Source of the DNA: Octopus sinensis
Taxonomy: Eukaryota
DNA length: 64,000 bases
Assembly: GCF_006345805.1 (NCBI RefSeq)
Contig: NC_043000.1
Location: 79,670,001 to 79,734,000 of the forward strand
Reading direction: 5' to 3'
The notes under the pieces were generated by a model. The model saw only the letters and a program-made list of their open reading frames with translations, made no database searches and was not told the DNA's origin. Numbering within the stretch: position 1 is the first letter of the stretch; each line of letters starts with the position of its first letter. Of this stretch, positions 37,801 to 51,150 are shown one piece after another. The position numbers and the translations under genes were made by a program.

Positions 37801-38885
37801 CGGTGGGCTGAAAAGTGAAATCTTGCATGCATTAGTGTCAACTCTTATTAATAACGCTATTGTTTCGTTCCAGGTAAACTGGCATCTGACAGTTCAAAGA
37901 AGACTTCAAAAGTAACTAGTAGTGACTGCTTTAGAAAATGGACAAAATTCAGTATTGTGGTGTTATCAAGTACCTACAGAAAAAGGGTTTAACCCCCAAG
38001 GACATTCATGCCAACATGGTAGCTACATTAGGGGATGATGCTCCACCTTCATCAACAGTGCAAAAGTGGGAAGCTGAATTTAGTAGGGGAAGGGAGAGTC
38101 TTGAAAATGACCTAAGGTCTGGACATCCTGCACCTCCCACTACCAACGAAATTGTGTTCACCACCTAGTGGTAAATGACAAGCGATTGATTATAAATCAA
38201 ATAGTCAATGCTATTGATACATCCCAGAGAGAGATGAGAATATTGTACGTAATGAACTTGGTATGACGAACGTTTCTGCTTGGTGGATGCCACATCTTCT
38301 GACACCTGATCAAAAGCACACCATGTGAAAAAATCTAACATTGTTTGAGATCCAGCTGGTTTCATCACTTTGAGCTAGAGACAAAGAAACAATCCATGCA
38401 GTGGAAACTCCCTTCCTCACCTGCTCCAAAGAAGGCCAAAGTAGTTTCATCTGAAAGGAAGATGATGGACTTAGTTTTGGCAGATGCAAAAGGCATCATG
38501 TTTACTGACTATCTTGAAATGGGCCAAACCATCTATGGAGAGTACTATGTCAACTTGCTGAAGCAGTTACCAAAGGCTATCAAGATCAAATGCCCAGGAA
38601 AACTGATGAATGATCACCCTCCCAATAATTCTGATTTGGCCCCATTTGACTATCATGTGTTCCGTTACATGAAAAAACACTTGGCTTAGAAGTTGTATTA
38701 CAGTGATGATGTCTTTTTGAGCGACAAGATGAAAGCTTCTTCACCAATGAGATCTAAGCACTGCAACATTAATGGAAGAAATGTGTGGACTACAAGATGG
38801 AGACTATGTTGAAAAATAAATTTCATTTGATCCCATTCCATGAGAGTATCTTGGTCAGCCTAAGAACTTTCAGCCAACCTTCTTA
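37801..38885 (+). mobile_element. Decayed mariner transposon (internally deleted)
   Basis: N-terminal HTH MDKIQYCGVIKYL...TVQKWEAEFSRGRESLENDLRSGHP, QSMQWK..SSPAPKKAK, DLAPFDYHVF; ends ggtgggctgaaaagt / actttcagccaacct. Confidence 0.88.
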
Positions 38886-39866
38886 GTATTGTCACTAAAA
38901 GCAGCAAAGCATTTATCAACCACTTTGCCCCACTTTCTACTTTTGTTTCCCAGCAAAAGTGAACTCTATTATGAACAGACAAGGATAGTGTGTGTGTATA
39001 TATATATATTGTAGCCAGCAGCAAGTAGCCATTTAAAAATAATGCGCCAATTTGCAGTAGCTGGCAATATGATGTAATGTCGTATTGCCGAAGAAATATT
39101 ATTGTCGTTTTTCCATTGGTTAATATAACTGCTCATATAAGGATTAGTAAAGAATATTTGTATGAAATTTCGATTCTTTTTAGTGAAGTTGAGCAGTTAT
39201 AAAAACTCTGGATTTTTGGAAAAACTTTAGTGTTTGTTGGATGTAACTGAACACCATGACACTCATTGGTGATTTTCATGCCACGTCCAAAGGAAATCCA
39301 ACAAGTCTATTTTGAATTGTTGTGATTCAGTGTTAGTTAGATTTATGAATTAGCTAGTGAAATATATAGTCATACTTCTACATGCCGTAAATTATCCTTC
39401 CTTTCACATGTAAATAATATAAAATGTTATATTTATATAATAAAACTAATTAAGAAAATGTTTTCTCTTCACGTTTTTCAAGTGTGTATAAATATGCATT
39501 TCTGTAATCAGTAAATTATATTTTCTTATAGCGGTTAAATGAACACGAAGATAATATCATACATACATGACGCTAATATTATTAGCGTTCCATAAGTATA
39601 TTTCTCTATGGCGTTATATACTATATTTTGGATTTGCATATAATGATAACACTTAAGTTATAAGTGACGTTTTAATCATTATATACACCCTTACTTAAAA
39701 AGCCAAATAAAATAATCTATTTCTCAATAGAAAACAATAAATAGCATTACATTACTGTAACAAAACTAATTAGAGAATATATTATAATAATATAACCTAA
39801 GAGAAAGCTCATGGTAGCTTAAAACCGCCTATAATATATATATATATATATACATACACATATATA

Positions 39867-40256
39867 GGTGTAGGCGTGGCTGTGTAGTAAGAAGCCTGCT
39901 TCCCAAACATATGATTCTGTGTGGCACCTTAGGCAAGTGTCTTCTACTATAGCCTTGGGCCAACCAAAGCTTGCAAGTAGATCTGGTAGACAGAAACTGA
40001 AAAGAGGCCCGTTGTATATAGATGTATGTGTGTGTGTTTGTGTGTCTGTATATGTTTGTTTCTCTGTGTTTCTCTCATTGTTTGACAACCAATGTTGGTG
40101 TGTTTATGTCCCTATAACTTAGAGGTTTAGCAAAAGAGACTGATAGAATAAGTACTAGGCTTACAAAGAATAAATCTTGGGTTGGTTTGTTTGACTAAAG
40201 GCTGTGCTCCAGCATGGTCGCAGTCACATGACTGAAACAAGTAAAAGAATAAAAGA
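39867..40256 (+). mobile_element. Full-length tRNA-derived SINE family A; other copies or parts at about 6240-6400, 14990-15240, 27870-28050, 41185-41290, 44180-44337, 59571-59918
   Basis: Head ggcgtggctgtgt.gtaagaag..., core ggcaccttaggcaagtgtcttctactatagcc, ggatttggtagac.gaaactgaaaga, internal (TG)n and aagaataaaaga tail recur in all copies. Confidence 0.88.
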
Positions 40257-40846
40257 CACTTTAAACCTTTATTGCAACACACAGCTCATTCTGAAATAAG
40301 CCACATACCACCTTGAGAAACATTGCCATATAGTTACATGATGTATAACCATATGTAATACAGCCATCACATGATGTATAGTTATTATAAATAGCATAAT
40401 GTAGAACAGTCACCACATATCGTACTGTTGCTGCCTTTTCGACTAGCCCCTGTACATATCTACTTCATGTACTATATACATCACATGTGTATGTAATACA
40501 CATACTTGGAGTATAGGCACTGCACAAAATACGGTCACAAGTAGTATCACATAAGGTATAGCAATAACATCCAATATGACACAGAATTGTAACAACCTAC
40601 ATGGCACAGTAATGTCATATAGTACAAGTACACTTATTTATGAACTTGTATAATTACCAAATGTCATGATGAGGTCACAGTTTCTCGCTCATTTACTTTC
40701 ATGTTATACTATTAGTGAAGGGTCAGGGAATTAACAAGGAACTGAAGGATTTGTGGAGGGGTTTTGCAATTAAGAGAGTGATTTAGAGTTTAAGGAAAAG
40801 ATTTTTTTGAGAAATGCAAAGAAAGAAACAAATGAAAAAAAGTTAC

Positions 40847-40917
40847 CTGATTGCCTACTTGAGTCCACAGAATTGCTGTCTTGTCAACAGAGCCAGAAAT
40901 GATTTCCCATTCTGCAG
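40847..40917 (-). CDS. ELP2: ELP2 exon 3 (AAEWEIISGSVDKTAILWTQVGNQ)
   Basis: Not in the ORF track; found by reading the minus strand. Acceptor catcag, donor gtaact; WD40 SGSVDKT..LW; phase 1 to 0. Confidence 0.93.
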
Positions 40918-42539
40918 CTGATGATAGATGGAACAAATTTAACAAGTAATATAATCACACATCATCACCATAGTTTAGCATCTATTTTCTGTTTGCATGA
41001 CATCAGACAGAATTTATTGAGTCAGCTTTTCTACAGCAAAATGCCCTTCCAGGAGTGAAACCTAACCTCTTTCTAAGCAAGAAAATATTTCCTCATGACC
41101 ATGTTTTCCGTGGAATATTGAAAGTTAACAACATTATATGGTGGTAATACTCATTTACAACTATTACATAATATCAAGACAAAGGCACACACACAAAAGG
41201 CTTCTTTCAGTTTCAGTCTACCAAATCCACCCACCAGGCTTTGGTTGGCCCAAGGCTATAGTAGAAAACACTTGCCTAAGTTGCCATACATTCCAAATTA
41301 TCATGGGTTCTAAAAAAGAAAGCAATTAATGATGAATACAAAAAATGGTAGACCTTAGCCTTCCAAATGAAACCTGTCCCACCTCTCTAGTTCTACTTAA
41401 GTCCACACGGTGCCTCCTCCAAATGTGGGAGATCTTTATGCCCCACCCTGTACAATGGTCAACTATATCATTAACTGTCCTGTGCGAAGTATTTGTCTTC
41501 TACTCAAATCTAATTGCAAAAGTTGTTGAGAATTGCATGACTGCTGAAGTTGTAGAATGTAGGGGCCTGAATCTAAGCTGGTGATCTTGAATGCTTAGAT
41601 AGAAGAAACTTTTCAAAAGTTTTGACAAGCCAGGCCTCAGATGAGGGATGATAAGTAAAATTTTCCATAAAAATAAATAAGCTAAAAACTTGAAACTAGA
41701 GGACCAGAAGGTTTATTTCATGATACCAAACTTGGCAAGGATATAGCTAAGTTTGGTTTATTCAATTTCTCAAAGACATACAAAGACCCATCTTCAAAGA
41801 ATGAAGCAAAACTGGTGACACATAACTGACTCTCTTGAAGACATCTGATCAATGAAGAGGGACAAAATCTTACATTCTGCAAAGTTGATCTACAAATCAA
41901 AGATTGGCAGATTCCATAGCCTTAGCTTTCCCACTAGAGTGGCCTTCCATTCAGTTGTACTTGTAAAAATATGGTAAGATCATCACTAAGATCTAGAATT
42001 AGCTTAATTTATTTGTGCATCCAACATCTATTAGGAACCATACTGGAATTAGTGAGAGATTCTTTGTACAAGGAATAGACAACAATTTTTAGAACCAGTT
42101 TACTTGCAAGGACATAAAAAGCCAGGAGTGGGGTACATCGATACTGAAAACATAATAAATCTTTAATTTTACAAATTCATATGTAACATAAATAAATGTT
42201 AGGGTCTTAAGGCTGGAACTGTATTTTATATGGGTTTATAGAAACTGTTAGCAGGTAGTTTCACATTTAATTGTGGGTGAGGAATTCCATGTCGCAGCTC
42301 TGCTTGGTTGCTCAACCTGCTGGAAACAGAAGCCAAATCTCCCTCAAACCATACCTACCATCATATAAAAGGATACATTGAACAATGTGATCCAGTCTCT
42401 AATAGCTGAAAAAAGATGGGATAGTCATTGTTTGATTGCTTTTGATCATATATCTGGTATGACCTGCGTTTTCTGACAAAGAGAATTCTGATGTTGGTAA
42501 CTAATCATTCCAAAACAGTTGAACAAAATAATAACAAAC

Positions 42540-42639
42540 CTTTTCTTGTTTTCATCCATTTTACACAATTTACTCTATTTTTGTGAGACTTCAAAGTGGA
42601 CAAAATGGAGCCAGCATCCTTTATTTGAGATTGAGGTAC
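42540..42639 (-). CDS. ELP2: ELP2 exon 2 (VPQSQIKDAGSILSTLKSHKNRVNCVKWMKTRK)
   Basis: Acceptor ttttcag, donor gtttgt; WD40 H..RVNCVKW motif; 100 nt. Confidence 0.93.
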
Positions 42640-42844
42640 CTGAAAATATAGCAGAAAGATATACTTATGTGCATGTGTATAAAAGCACCTGTGTGGTGCT
42701 ATGTAAAAACATCCATCTGTAGAAACCATACCAAACCAGACAGGAGCCTGGTGCAGCCCACCCCCACACAGCTTGCCAGCTCTGATCACACCATCCAACC
42801 CATGCCAACATAGACAACAGATGTTAAATGATGATGATGATGAC

Positions 42845-42879
<35 letters not shown>

Positions 42880-43526
42880 TATATCTGTTGATTCACCAGA
42901 AGTGATAAATTACAGGACTCAATATAAATGTAGAATATTCTTTAATTCATTATATATTGCAATGTAAAAAACAAAAAAAACAACAAGAAAAACAAAAAAA
43001 AACAGTAAAAAATACAACACAGAAAGAACAAAGTATGATATATCTGGCATTAATTTGATGCTAGAAGTGAATACTGAATGTCTTGATGTTGCAGACATTG
43101 GTCTTTCAGAATGAAAAGTTGAAGGAGCAACAGAGAGCATGTGTGTGTGTCTGTATGTGAAAGAGAAAAAGGAAAATGAATGTAAAGAAAAAAATTAATT
43201 GTAGGGAGGTAACAAGATAAAAATTGTTCTGTGAGGGTGAGAGTCAAAACAGGAGGCAGATGGGTGTGGCAGTGCATATGTCAGTGTGTGTACATGCTTG
43301 GTAGTGAGCATGGGGAGGTTGGTGTCGATGTGTGTATTTAGTGAGTGTAAGCATAAGCTATAAACAAGGAAATTCACCAAGTGTTGGTTCATGGGGGTGT
43401 GAGATTGAGGCTGGTGTGTGTGAAAACCCAGTAAGATTCAAAAATTGATTAATGTAGTTTATCATTTTTAAGGGGATGCTTATATATCTACTTCATAGGT
43501 TACACACACATACATACATGTGTGTA

Positions 43527-43589
<63 letters not shown>

Positions 43590-43795
43590 CACCATCAGTG
43601 TAATGAATGGGGGAAGCTTGGTTTTCAATATCTGCGGACATTTTTATCGAGCTGGGCTCCTTAGTAAACTGGTGGAACCACAAGTGTAAAGTATAAATTT
43701 GTCTGAGAGTGCACAATGTTCCTAATGCTCAGTGACGGTCTTCCTCAGTCAACAAGTTGACAGCCATGGTGTAGGTATATGTATATATGTATGTG

Positions 43796-43836
<41 letters not shown>

Positions 43837-43851
43837 ATAAAACGTTTTGAA

Positions 43852-44077
43852 TGGTACAACAATGCACTATAATACAGACAATGGGCTATATACCTGTTGT
43901 AATCTAGTCATCCATAGTCTGATATGATATTTTGGAATAAAATTCCTTCTTCAGAGATTCTTAGATGGAGTCGCTGCTATAATCGGTTTTCTAACGGCTT
44001 TTCATATCAGACTATGGATGACTAGATTACAACAGGTATATAGCCCATTGTCTGTATTATAGTGCATTGTTGTACCA
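43852..44077. repeat. Perfect 76-bp inverted repeat with 74-bp spacer (MITE-like), ELP2 intron 1
   Basis: 43852-43927 is the exact reverse complement of 44002-44077; the outer 16 bp match 13 of 16. Confidence 0.97.
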
Positions 44078-45444
44078 CCCAAAACTTTTTATTCTTTACA
44101 AACAATACACAATGCTTCAAGCAAACTACAATACTCTCCTATATTTTTATCTATGTTATATATATATATATACACACACACGATGGCTTCTTTCAGTTTC
44201 CGTCTACCAAATCCACACACAAGGCTAAAAGCTAGGTTATAGTAAAAGACACTTGCCCAGGGTGCTGCACAGTGGGACTGAACCTGAGACAAGGTTGGGA
44301 AGCAAGCTTCTTAACCACACAACTATGCCTGCGCCTATCTAAGGGATTGAGGTGCCTGTAAATATATCAGAAACGTGTGTGTGTGTAGCAATTGGTAAAG
44401 ACTAAGAGTTTTTGTTTGGTAATTACCTTCATAGAATCATTCCAGTACTTATTCACTGTTAGATGCTCATCTTGCAGACAATTATCTAGCACCAGTTCAT
44501 CATTAGGTGATTCATCTCTGATGGTCTATGTGGGTTGTAATACAGTAGGGCCCAACCGAAAGAAATATCATTTGCGTACATTTAAGGACAGTTTGTTGAT
44601 TGGGTCCCGCTGACTGCAAAACCGTGATAGTAGCTGAGACAACAGAGCATCAGATTAAATCCTTTACAATAATTTAATCTCGATCTGAGTTCAAAACCTG
44701 TCCAGGTTGATTGTACCAATCCTCTTTCCAGGGTCGATAGCAAAAAGATCAACTATACTAGTTTCTTAAGGAAAGAAAGTTTACAATCGACAATGCAGAT
44801 CTAGACTTTATATAAGTTGTTATAGTTTAGGTTGGAACCCTTCAATTCAGTAGGTTGTCCGGCCCAACAGTCTGTATGTGAGTGGAGGATACAGATGTAG
44901 TCTTTATTATGGCTGGGTTCCAGATGGGCTTTTAACAAATCTTAGTTACAAGAAATTAGAATATGTTTCAAACGTATGAACATTAATCGGTGTGATGATT
45001 ACATCATCTATGTTTTTATTAAGTGTTAAATATCTATCTATTCTATTATATTACATTTTGTGAATAAATAGTAACACTAACCGAAAGTATTAAAAGACTC
45101 GGTTTCCTGTGTGTGTGTGCGTGTGTACACATACACATTATTCTTTTAATGGTTTCATTCATTAAACGGTGGCTATACATGGGGCACGGCATTCAATAGT
45201 GAAGACGATTATATCCAATCACCTGTATTACTGTCATATCAGTCTCAGCAAGATGAAAAGAATAGAGAGATTTGAACTCAGAAGTTAAAAGCTCGAAACC
45301 AAAACTACTCTCGATTCAGTCATTCACTCCTGTACATGCATTACGCAAACACAAAATATCAAAGCCAAACGTGATAGTCATACCGAAGTAACCGTTATCG
45401 ATAAATATAAAATACATTAACGATGTAAACAGAGATACACTAAC

Positions 45445-45570
45445 CTGGGGTTGGTAAACAGCTACAGAATTGCAAGAACCAAAGCAAATACAGCCATTCT
45501 TGCCCCAGTCTGCCACATGAGGTGTGCTATTACAACCAGCACTGATATATTTCGTAATGACATCCACCAT
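45445..45570 (-). CDS. ELP2: ELP2 exon 1 (MVDVITKYISAGCNSTPHVADWG...VYQPQ)
   Basis: ATG at 45570; donor GTTAGT at 45444; 42 codons, phase 0; resembles the ELP2 N-terminus. Confidence 0.93.
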
Positions 45571-45700
45571 GCTGTTTCTTAAACGGTGTCACGCGATGTG
45601 TTATCTGCTTAAATTTTATTCCGGATAATGTTATTGTGACATTTTCACGTGGTCGCTCAAATAGCGATCAAATCTACCTGCACTAAATATGTTAAAACTA
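45571..45700 (-). promoter_or_regulatory. Probable ELP2 5-prime UTR/promoter region
   Basis: Locally CpG-richer stretch directly upstream of the ATG, with CACGTG (45646-45651) and TCACGCGA (45589-45596). A TATCGATA palindrome lies at 45396-45403 in intron 1. Position-based inference only. Confidence 0.4.
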
Positions 45701-48004
45701 ACCTGTTTATCAATCTGTCTTATTGAAAATTTATTTCTAGTTAGTTTTTTAATGCACCATATGTTAAACATGTTAGTATTAACTTGTTATTTAGTTACAT
45801 AAATTAATTGTTTCGATTAATTATAACGATTTCCTCTACAAAATGTAGATGTGTCATATCAAAACATATTACAAAAATAAAAGAATTAAAATTTTAAAAA
45901 TGAAAGTTAAATGTCATGAAATACCTCACAGTATTCCTTCTTCTATATTCTAAGTTTTCGTTTCCCCAGAGTAAATTTGACATCCCATTTATTCAGGGCT
46001 GTTGTTTTTTGTAGTTTGTTGGTCCTTATTGAGCAAACTAAAGGCATTCTAAGCATGACCACGCCACCATTTTTTCATGCAAGACATATCTACAACTCTA
46101 TAATCTTGTGTAAATTTCCTCTTTTGGATTTTTTGAGTATAATTTAAGAGAGATTTGACTACTATATCTGACTAGCTAAATGTCCACATATGGACTCCCT
46201 CATTGGTTTGATCCATTCAGAGAGTCATATATTGATACTTATCCAAACAATTATACAGGTCTCATTAAAAGGAGCACTGAAATATTTGGCCTTCTAAATC
46301 TGATTCCATATTATCATTATGATTTAATAATTTCATGATTTGTAAAGTAAATAATGTATTGCCTTACAAGTAACCTGGTCATAAGTTCAAATCTTAGCAC
46401 TACTACTGTACTTCAGGCAAGGTACAATACAATACTTACCTTAGCACACCTAGCAGTCAAACAGGTTTACCATTGACATGACAAACAAGAAAGATATTCA
46501 GATTATCAGACAATATAGAAATGTTCAAAATCTTGCGGAACATTACATGAATGTTCACATTAACACACACATAGTTAAGCAAAAGCACACATGTACACAC
46601 ACACACATTAAAATAAATGCAAGCATACAGACAAACACATAAGTCCCTCATGTTGAATCCAATGACATGACTGCTGCTTATTTTATTAACTCTGGGGAAT
46701 TATAATGTTATTTTAAACTCAGTACTATTTGAACACAGAATGCAGAAGAATATCTTTAATACTATAAAGTATTTAATCTACTGATTAAATATTGATTGTG
46801 TCAGTTTAGTAATTATATCGGAACCCAATTACATCAACAACTTCTACCTAGGTATGTCCTATCATCTTTTCCTTGTACATTTAGTTGTGCGTTATGATTT
46901 TATGTTTACTCTCTCTTTTAAAAAATTTTTTTTGTCATTCTAGTGTTTAATCTTGTAGCATAATTATCAGTATGATAGCCACATATAATTATGCCCGTCC
47001 TTAGGCAATTATAGTTCACTTTATAATCATACCAAAAAACTTTTGGAAAAATTCATTTGGCATGCACGAATAAATCATACCAAAAATGATGTCTTCACTC
47101 AGAGAGAGTTAATAATGATAATAATAATCTTTTCTACTTATAGGCACAAAGCCTGAAATTTGGAGGAGAGAGATAATTGATTACATTGAACTCAGTACTC
47201 AAATGGCACTTAATTTATCAACCCCAAAAGGATAAATGGCAAAGTCATCCTCAACGGAATTTGAATACAGAACATAAGGACAGATGAAATTCCACTAAGC
47301 ATTTTGCCTGATATGTTAATGATTCTGCCAGCTTGCTGCCTTAATAATGATAATTATAATAACAATAATAATAGTTTCAAATTTTGACACAAGGCCTGTT
47401 AGTTTGAGGAAAGCAGACAAGTTAATTACATTGACCTCACTAATGGGCTAGTATTTAATTTATTTCCCTCAAAAAGATGAAAGACATTGTCAGCCTTGTT
47501 GGAATATGAACTTACAATGCAAAAGCTGGAAGAAGTGCTGTTGAGCTAATAATTCTGCCAACTTTCCACCTTACATGGTTTCAAACTTTGATACAAAATC
47601 AACAATGTCTGTAGGAGGAGTGAGTTGATTATATTGAAACCAGTGCTGGACTGACACTTATTTTATTAACCCCAAAAGGATAAAAGGCAAAGCTGACCTC
47701 AGCAGAATTTGCACTCAAAGTAAAGTGTAGGAAGAAATACTGTTGATCTTGCCAACTTGCCATCTTAATCAAATTTTCAAATTTAAAATTTTGGCACAAG
47801 CTTAGCAGTTTCGGGGGAAGGGTTAAGTCAATTACATCAACTCCAATGCTCAACTGGTACTTATTTTATTGACCCTGAATGAATGAAAATCAAAGTCATC
47901 CCTGTGGCACTTGAACTCAAAACACAAACTCAGAAGAAATGTGGCTGAGGATTTTGTCCAGCATGGTAATGATTTTGCCAACTCACCACCTTAACCTTAA
48001 AAAA

Positions 48005-48014
48005 AATTATTATT

Positions 48015-48059
<45 letters not shown>

Positions 48060-48087
48060 GATGATGACGACGACGACGATGATGATG
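48005..48087. repeat. Compound trinucleotide microsatellite (AAT)n-(GAT)n-(GAC)n; many (TA)n, (CA)n and (GA)n tracts elsewhere (e.g. 17215-17270, 25900-25945, 43520-43590, 59930-60060)
   Basis: Direct reading. Confidence 0.95.
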
Positions 48088-48099
48088 GCCACTACTGCC

Positions 48100-48990
48100 C
48101 TGATCTGGTAGACTTGCAAGGCCCAAAATTCACTTGTTTGTGATGAAAATTACTCCTCCAGTATTGTTTTGACCTCATCTGCAGAATTCATATTTTGAAG
48201 ACTGTGGAATAAATGATAATCAGGTGGGGCAGTGTCCAGCAAATATGGTGGGTGGGGCATTGTTTCCCATTCAAACTGCTCCAGCCTCTGGAATGTCATC
48301 CTTGCTGAGCATTATTCTGATGGAAAAGCACCTTTCATCTTGAAACTAAAGATGGTCGTTTTTTTTCTATTGCTGACTTAAGCTGCTCAAGCTGTTTGCA
48401 GTAGATCTCCTTTGTTATTATTTCATTTGAATTTAAAAGATCAAAGTGGACTAAACCTTTCATATCCCACCAAACAGATGACAACACCTTACATGGGTGG
48501 AGACCTTCTTTTCAGTCCAATAAAGGTTCATTCATGAGGCATAACAACAAAGGAGAGCACACATTCACTCTGTGCATGATTAGACTTAGAAAGTTTGTGA
48601 GGGACCCATTCACCCAATTTGCTGACTTTTCCAATGGCACGCAGGTGTTGATGAATGACCAAATCCAAGTTCCTCTGCTAGTTCCTCAACAGTTACGATG
48701 GAATTTTGTTCCACCACAGTTTGCAGGACATCCTCATCAAGCTCTACAGATCTTCCAGTACAAGGCTTGTCTCCTAGGCCATAGTTTCCAGCTTACGCTT
48801 ATGGTCCAATCTCCATATACTGCATTGATATTCCTTTCACTTTCCGTTGCATTGTTGCCTTTATTGAACTCATAAATCAAAATATGGTGCATATGCTCCT
48901 TTGTCACTTCCATTATAGCTTTGAAAAAAATAATTGTTAAAATCAAACTGCATACTATAAAAGCAGGTAAAATTATTACCTGCTTTTATA
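48100..48990 (-). mobile_element. Decayed mariner transposon
   Basis: MEVTKEHMHHILIYEFNKGNNATESERNI at the N-terminus; HPPYLLDTAPPDYHLF near 48200-48280. Confidence 0.85.
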
Positions 48991-49506
48991 GCAAGTTGAT
49001 GCAGATAGTTTATCCCGTCCCCCTCCAACTTTTAGTTCATGCAATTGAAAAAAATGCACTATTTATGAGATATATGTCAAACGGACACAGGAAAACTGCT
49101 TGTACCTATTTGTGAGGAGTGTGATAGAGCAATCTTTGCTTGGGATCTGACTATCAGTTAGAGCAGTCATTCTCAACTGGGATCCATATAACATTTTGTT
49201 GTTAAAATTTATTTGCCATAGATTGGTTATACTTCTACAGTACACATAATATATTAACAATTTTTTTAAATACAATTTCTAATAATATTTAATTCTAAAA
49301 ATTTGATAGGATTTTTTAAAACATTGACTGCTAGGAGGATCTATCCAAGTAAAATAGGAATCAAAGGTGCCCATAGTGAAAGGGAAACAGTTCAGCCTGT
49401 TTTAGCAACAGAACTTTCTGGTGCTGCAAGCAAGCATACACATAAGCACACATGCATGTACATGTAGAAAAATACACATATAGATAGAGGGAGAGAGAGA
49501 CATTAA

Positions 49507-49727
49507 CCCTTTTGTTACCAACCCGGCCAAAACTGGCTCTGGTTCTGTAGTACAAAAGTCTTGTTTTCATAAGTTTTGAATTAAAATCTTCTGCCAAACC
49601 TTGGTCACAATTTATGTTCCTAACACAAGCTTAATGATAACTAAGTTATTTTACTAAATTCTTTGTTATATTTAAAACAATTGAAAGGAACACAGAGCAT
49701 CTCAAAATAAATACAGTAATGAAAGGG
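49507..49727. mobile_element. Second TTAA-flanked MITE family; degraded relative at about 660-855
   Basis: TTAA|CCCTTTTGTTAC ... GTAATGAAAGGG|TTAA (10 of 12 TIR match). Confidence 0.8.
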
Positions 49728-50120
49728 TTAAAATCTATTAGCTAAACACAATTGATATGAACATTTTCCCTCTCCTCAGTCACATTAAGAAATGTACTCA
49801 CATGCATAAACAGGAAAGAGAGAAAGAGAGAGAAAACAAGAAAAACAAATATGTCTGGTGTCAAAATTTAAGTCACCATTATACCAGTGTCACTGAATAT
49901 GTGGCACTAAAAAGGCTGTGTCAAAACATCTGATACTCATCTTGTAGCATTCTCAGACCTTGAATATCTGAGGGGTTATCAATTAATCCTTGTTTCATGA
50001 TTGCATAGAAGAAATTTCTTAGCAGGACTCCAGGTACAAGAAAGCCCTGAAAGCTGAGTTAACAGTTGTTTCTAGAAGGAATGTAACAATGCTAATAACT
50101 ATTATGGTTTCTAACTTTAG

Positions 50121-51150
50121 TACAAGGGTGTACCCAAAAGTAACCAGAAACGTTCTCTGTGGGACAAGCCCATTGTAGTTCAGGCTTCCACTGCTAGAAG
50201 CTACTTGATGCAACTCTCAGGCAAAAATTTGCTGATCAGCATCATCAGGTGATATCATACTGCCACATGGTGCATCTTTGTTTTGTATGCTTCTCACCTG
50301 TTTGTTGATTTTTACAATGACTGAAATTAAGAAACAGCATGCTTCCATGAAATTCTGTTTTCTGCAAGGGAAAATGGCAGCTGAAACAGTTGTCATGCCA
50401 CAAACAGCTTACAAGAATGCTACCATGAGCAAAACACAAGTTTAACCCTTTAGTGTTCGCATTATTCTGCCCAAATTAATGCTTTTTTATCCACATTGTT
50501 TTGAACTAATCATGCATTATCTTGTAACTATGAAAATTTGATGAGGTAGCTGTTAATTTTTAAAACGACATTGTAGGGTTGGAGTGAGAGACCAGATCTG
50601 GCCAGTTTGAACATAAAACAGGCAGAATACTTTTGGCCGGATATGGCCGGTTTAAATGCTAAAGGGTTAAGAGTGGTTTTCATGCTTTAGGAATGGCTAC
50701 TTGTCGCTGACCTCCTGAACAAATGAAAATATCATGAGAATTCATGAACTGATCTTGGAGGACTGTTGCTGAACAATTGACAAACTTGTGTCCTGGAGCT
50801 CCTGCTAACGAATTTTGAGCTAGAGATTGCAAATGAAAAAGAGTTGTAACAAGATTTATGTTTCACTTGCTCATAGAAGATCAAAAGCAATCACAACTGA
50901 ATGCATGTTGTGAACTGAAAGAACAGTTGGAAATTGATCCAGACCTTTTTTCAATGATCATCTCTGATGACAAAAGCTGATGCTACAGAATTTGCAGATG
51001 TGGAAGAGGTGAAGAAAAAAACGATGAAGGCGTTAAAAGGCATCACTTTTCAAGAGTTCCAGCACTGCTTTGAACAGTGGAAAACATATTGCTTTAAATG
51101 GAGAATACTTTGAAGGTGATAAAAGTGTAAATATGTAAAACTAAGTGAAT
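50121..51150 (+). mobile_element. Decayed, internally deleted mariner interrupted by a TTAA MITE
   Basis: Left TIR-like tacaagggtgtacccaaaagtaacc; HTH remnants (KMAAETV, TQV.EWF split by the MITE); C-terminal FEQWK...YFEGD remnant. Confidence 0.8.
50446..50666. mobile_element. TTAA-flanked MITE (piggyBac-type termini); related degraded copies at 23838-24059 and about 51160-51341
   Basis: TTAA|CCCTTTAG ... CTAAAGGG|TTAA; removing it restores the surrounding mariner reading (acacaagt ttaa gagtggttt). Confidence 0.85.

Larger units (their letters stand above)
412..45570 (-). other. ELP2: Elongator complex protein 2 gene, exons 1-14 (3-prime part lies beyond the left edge)
   Basis: 14 exons joined by hand with GT-AG borders and matching phases (126,100,71,184,81,65,67,168,96,101,123,156,195,154 nt = 1687 nt, 562 aa). 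They contain ELP2 hallmark motifs [89 protein letters not shown]. Confidence 0.97.

Noticed and set aside
41340-42200. Possible old L1/Tx1 remnants (also 16560-17200 and 33000-33600)
   Set aside because: Only vague motif similarity; cannot be supported without a profile search.
412-45570. Minor-spliceosome or non-canonical introns in ELP2
   Set aside because: All 14 donors are ordinary GT sites; none matches GTATCCTT or ATATCC.
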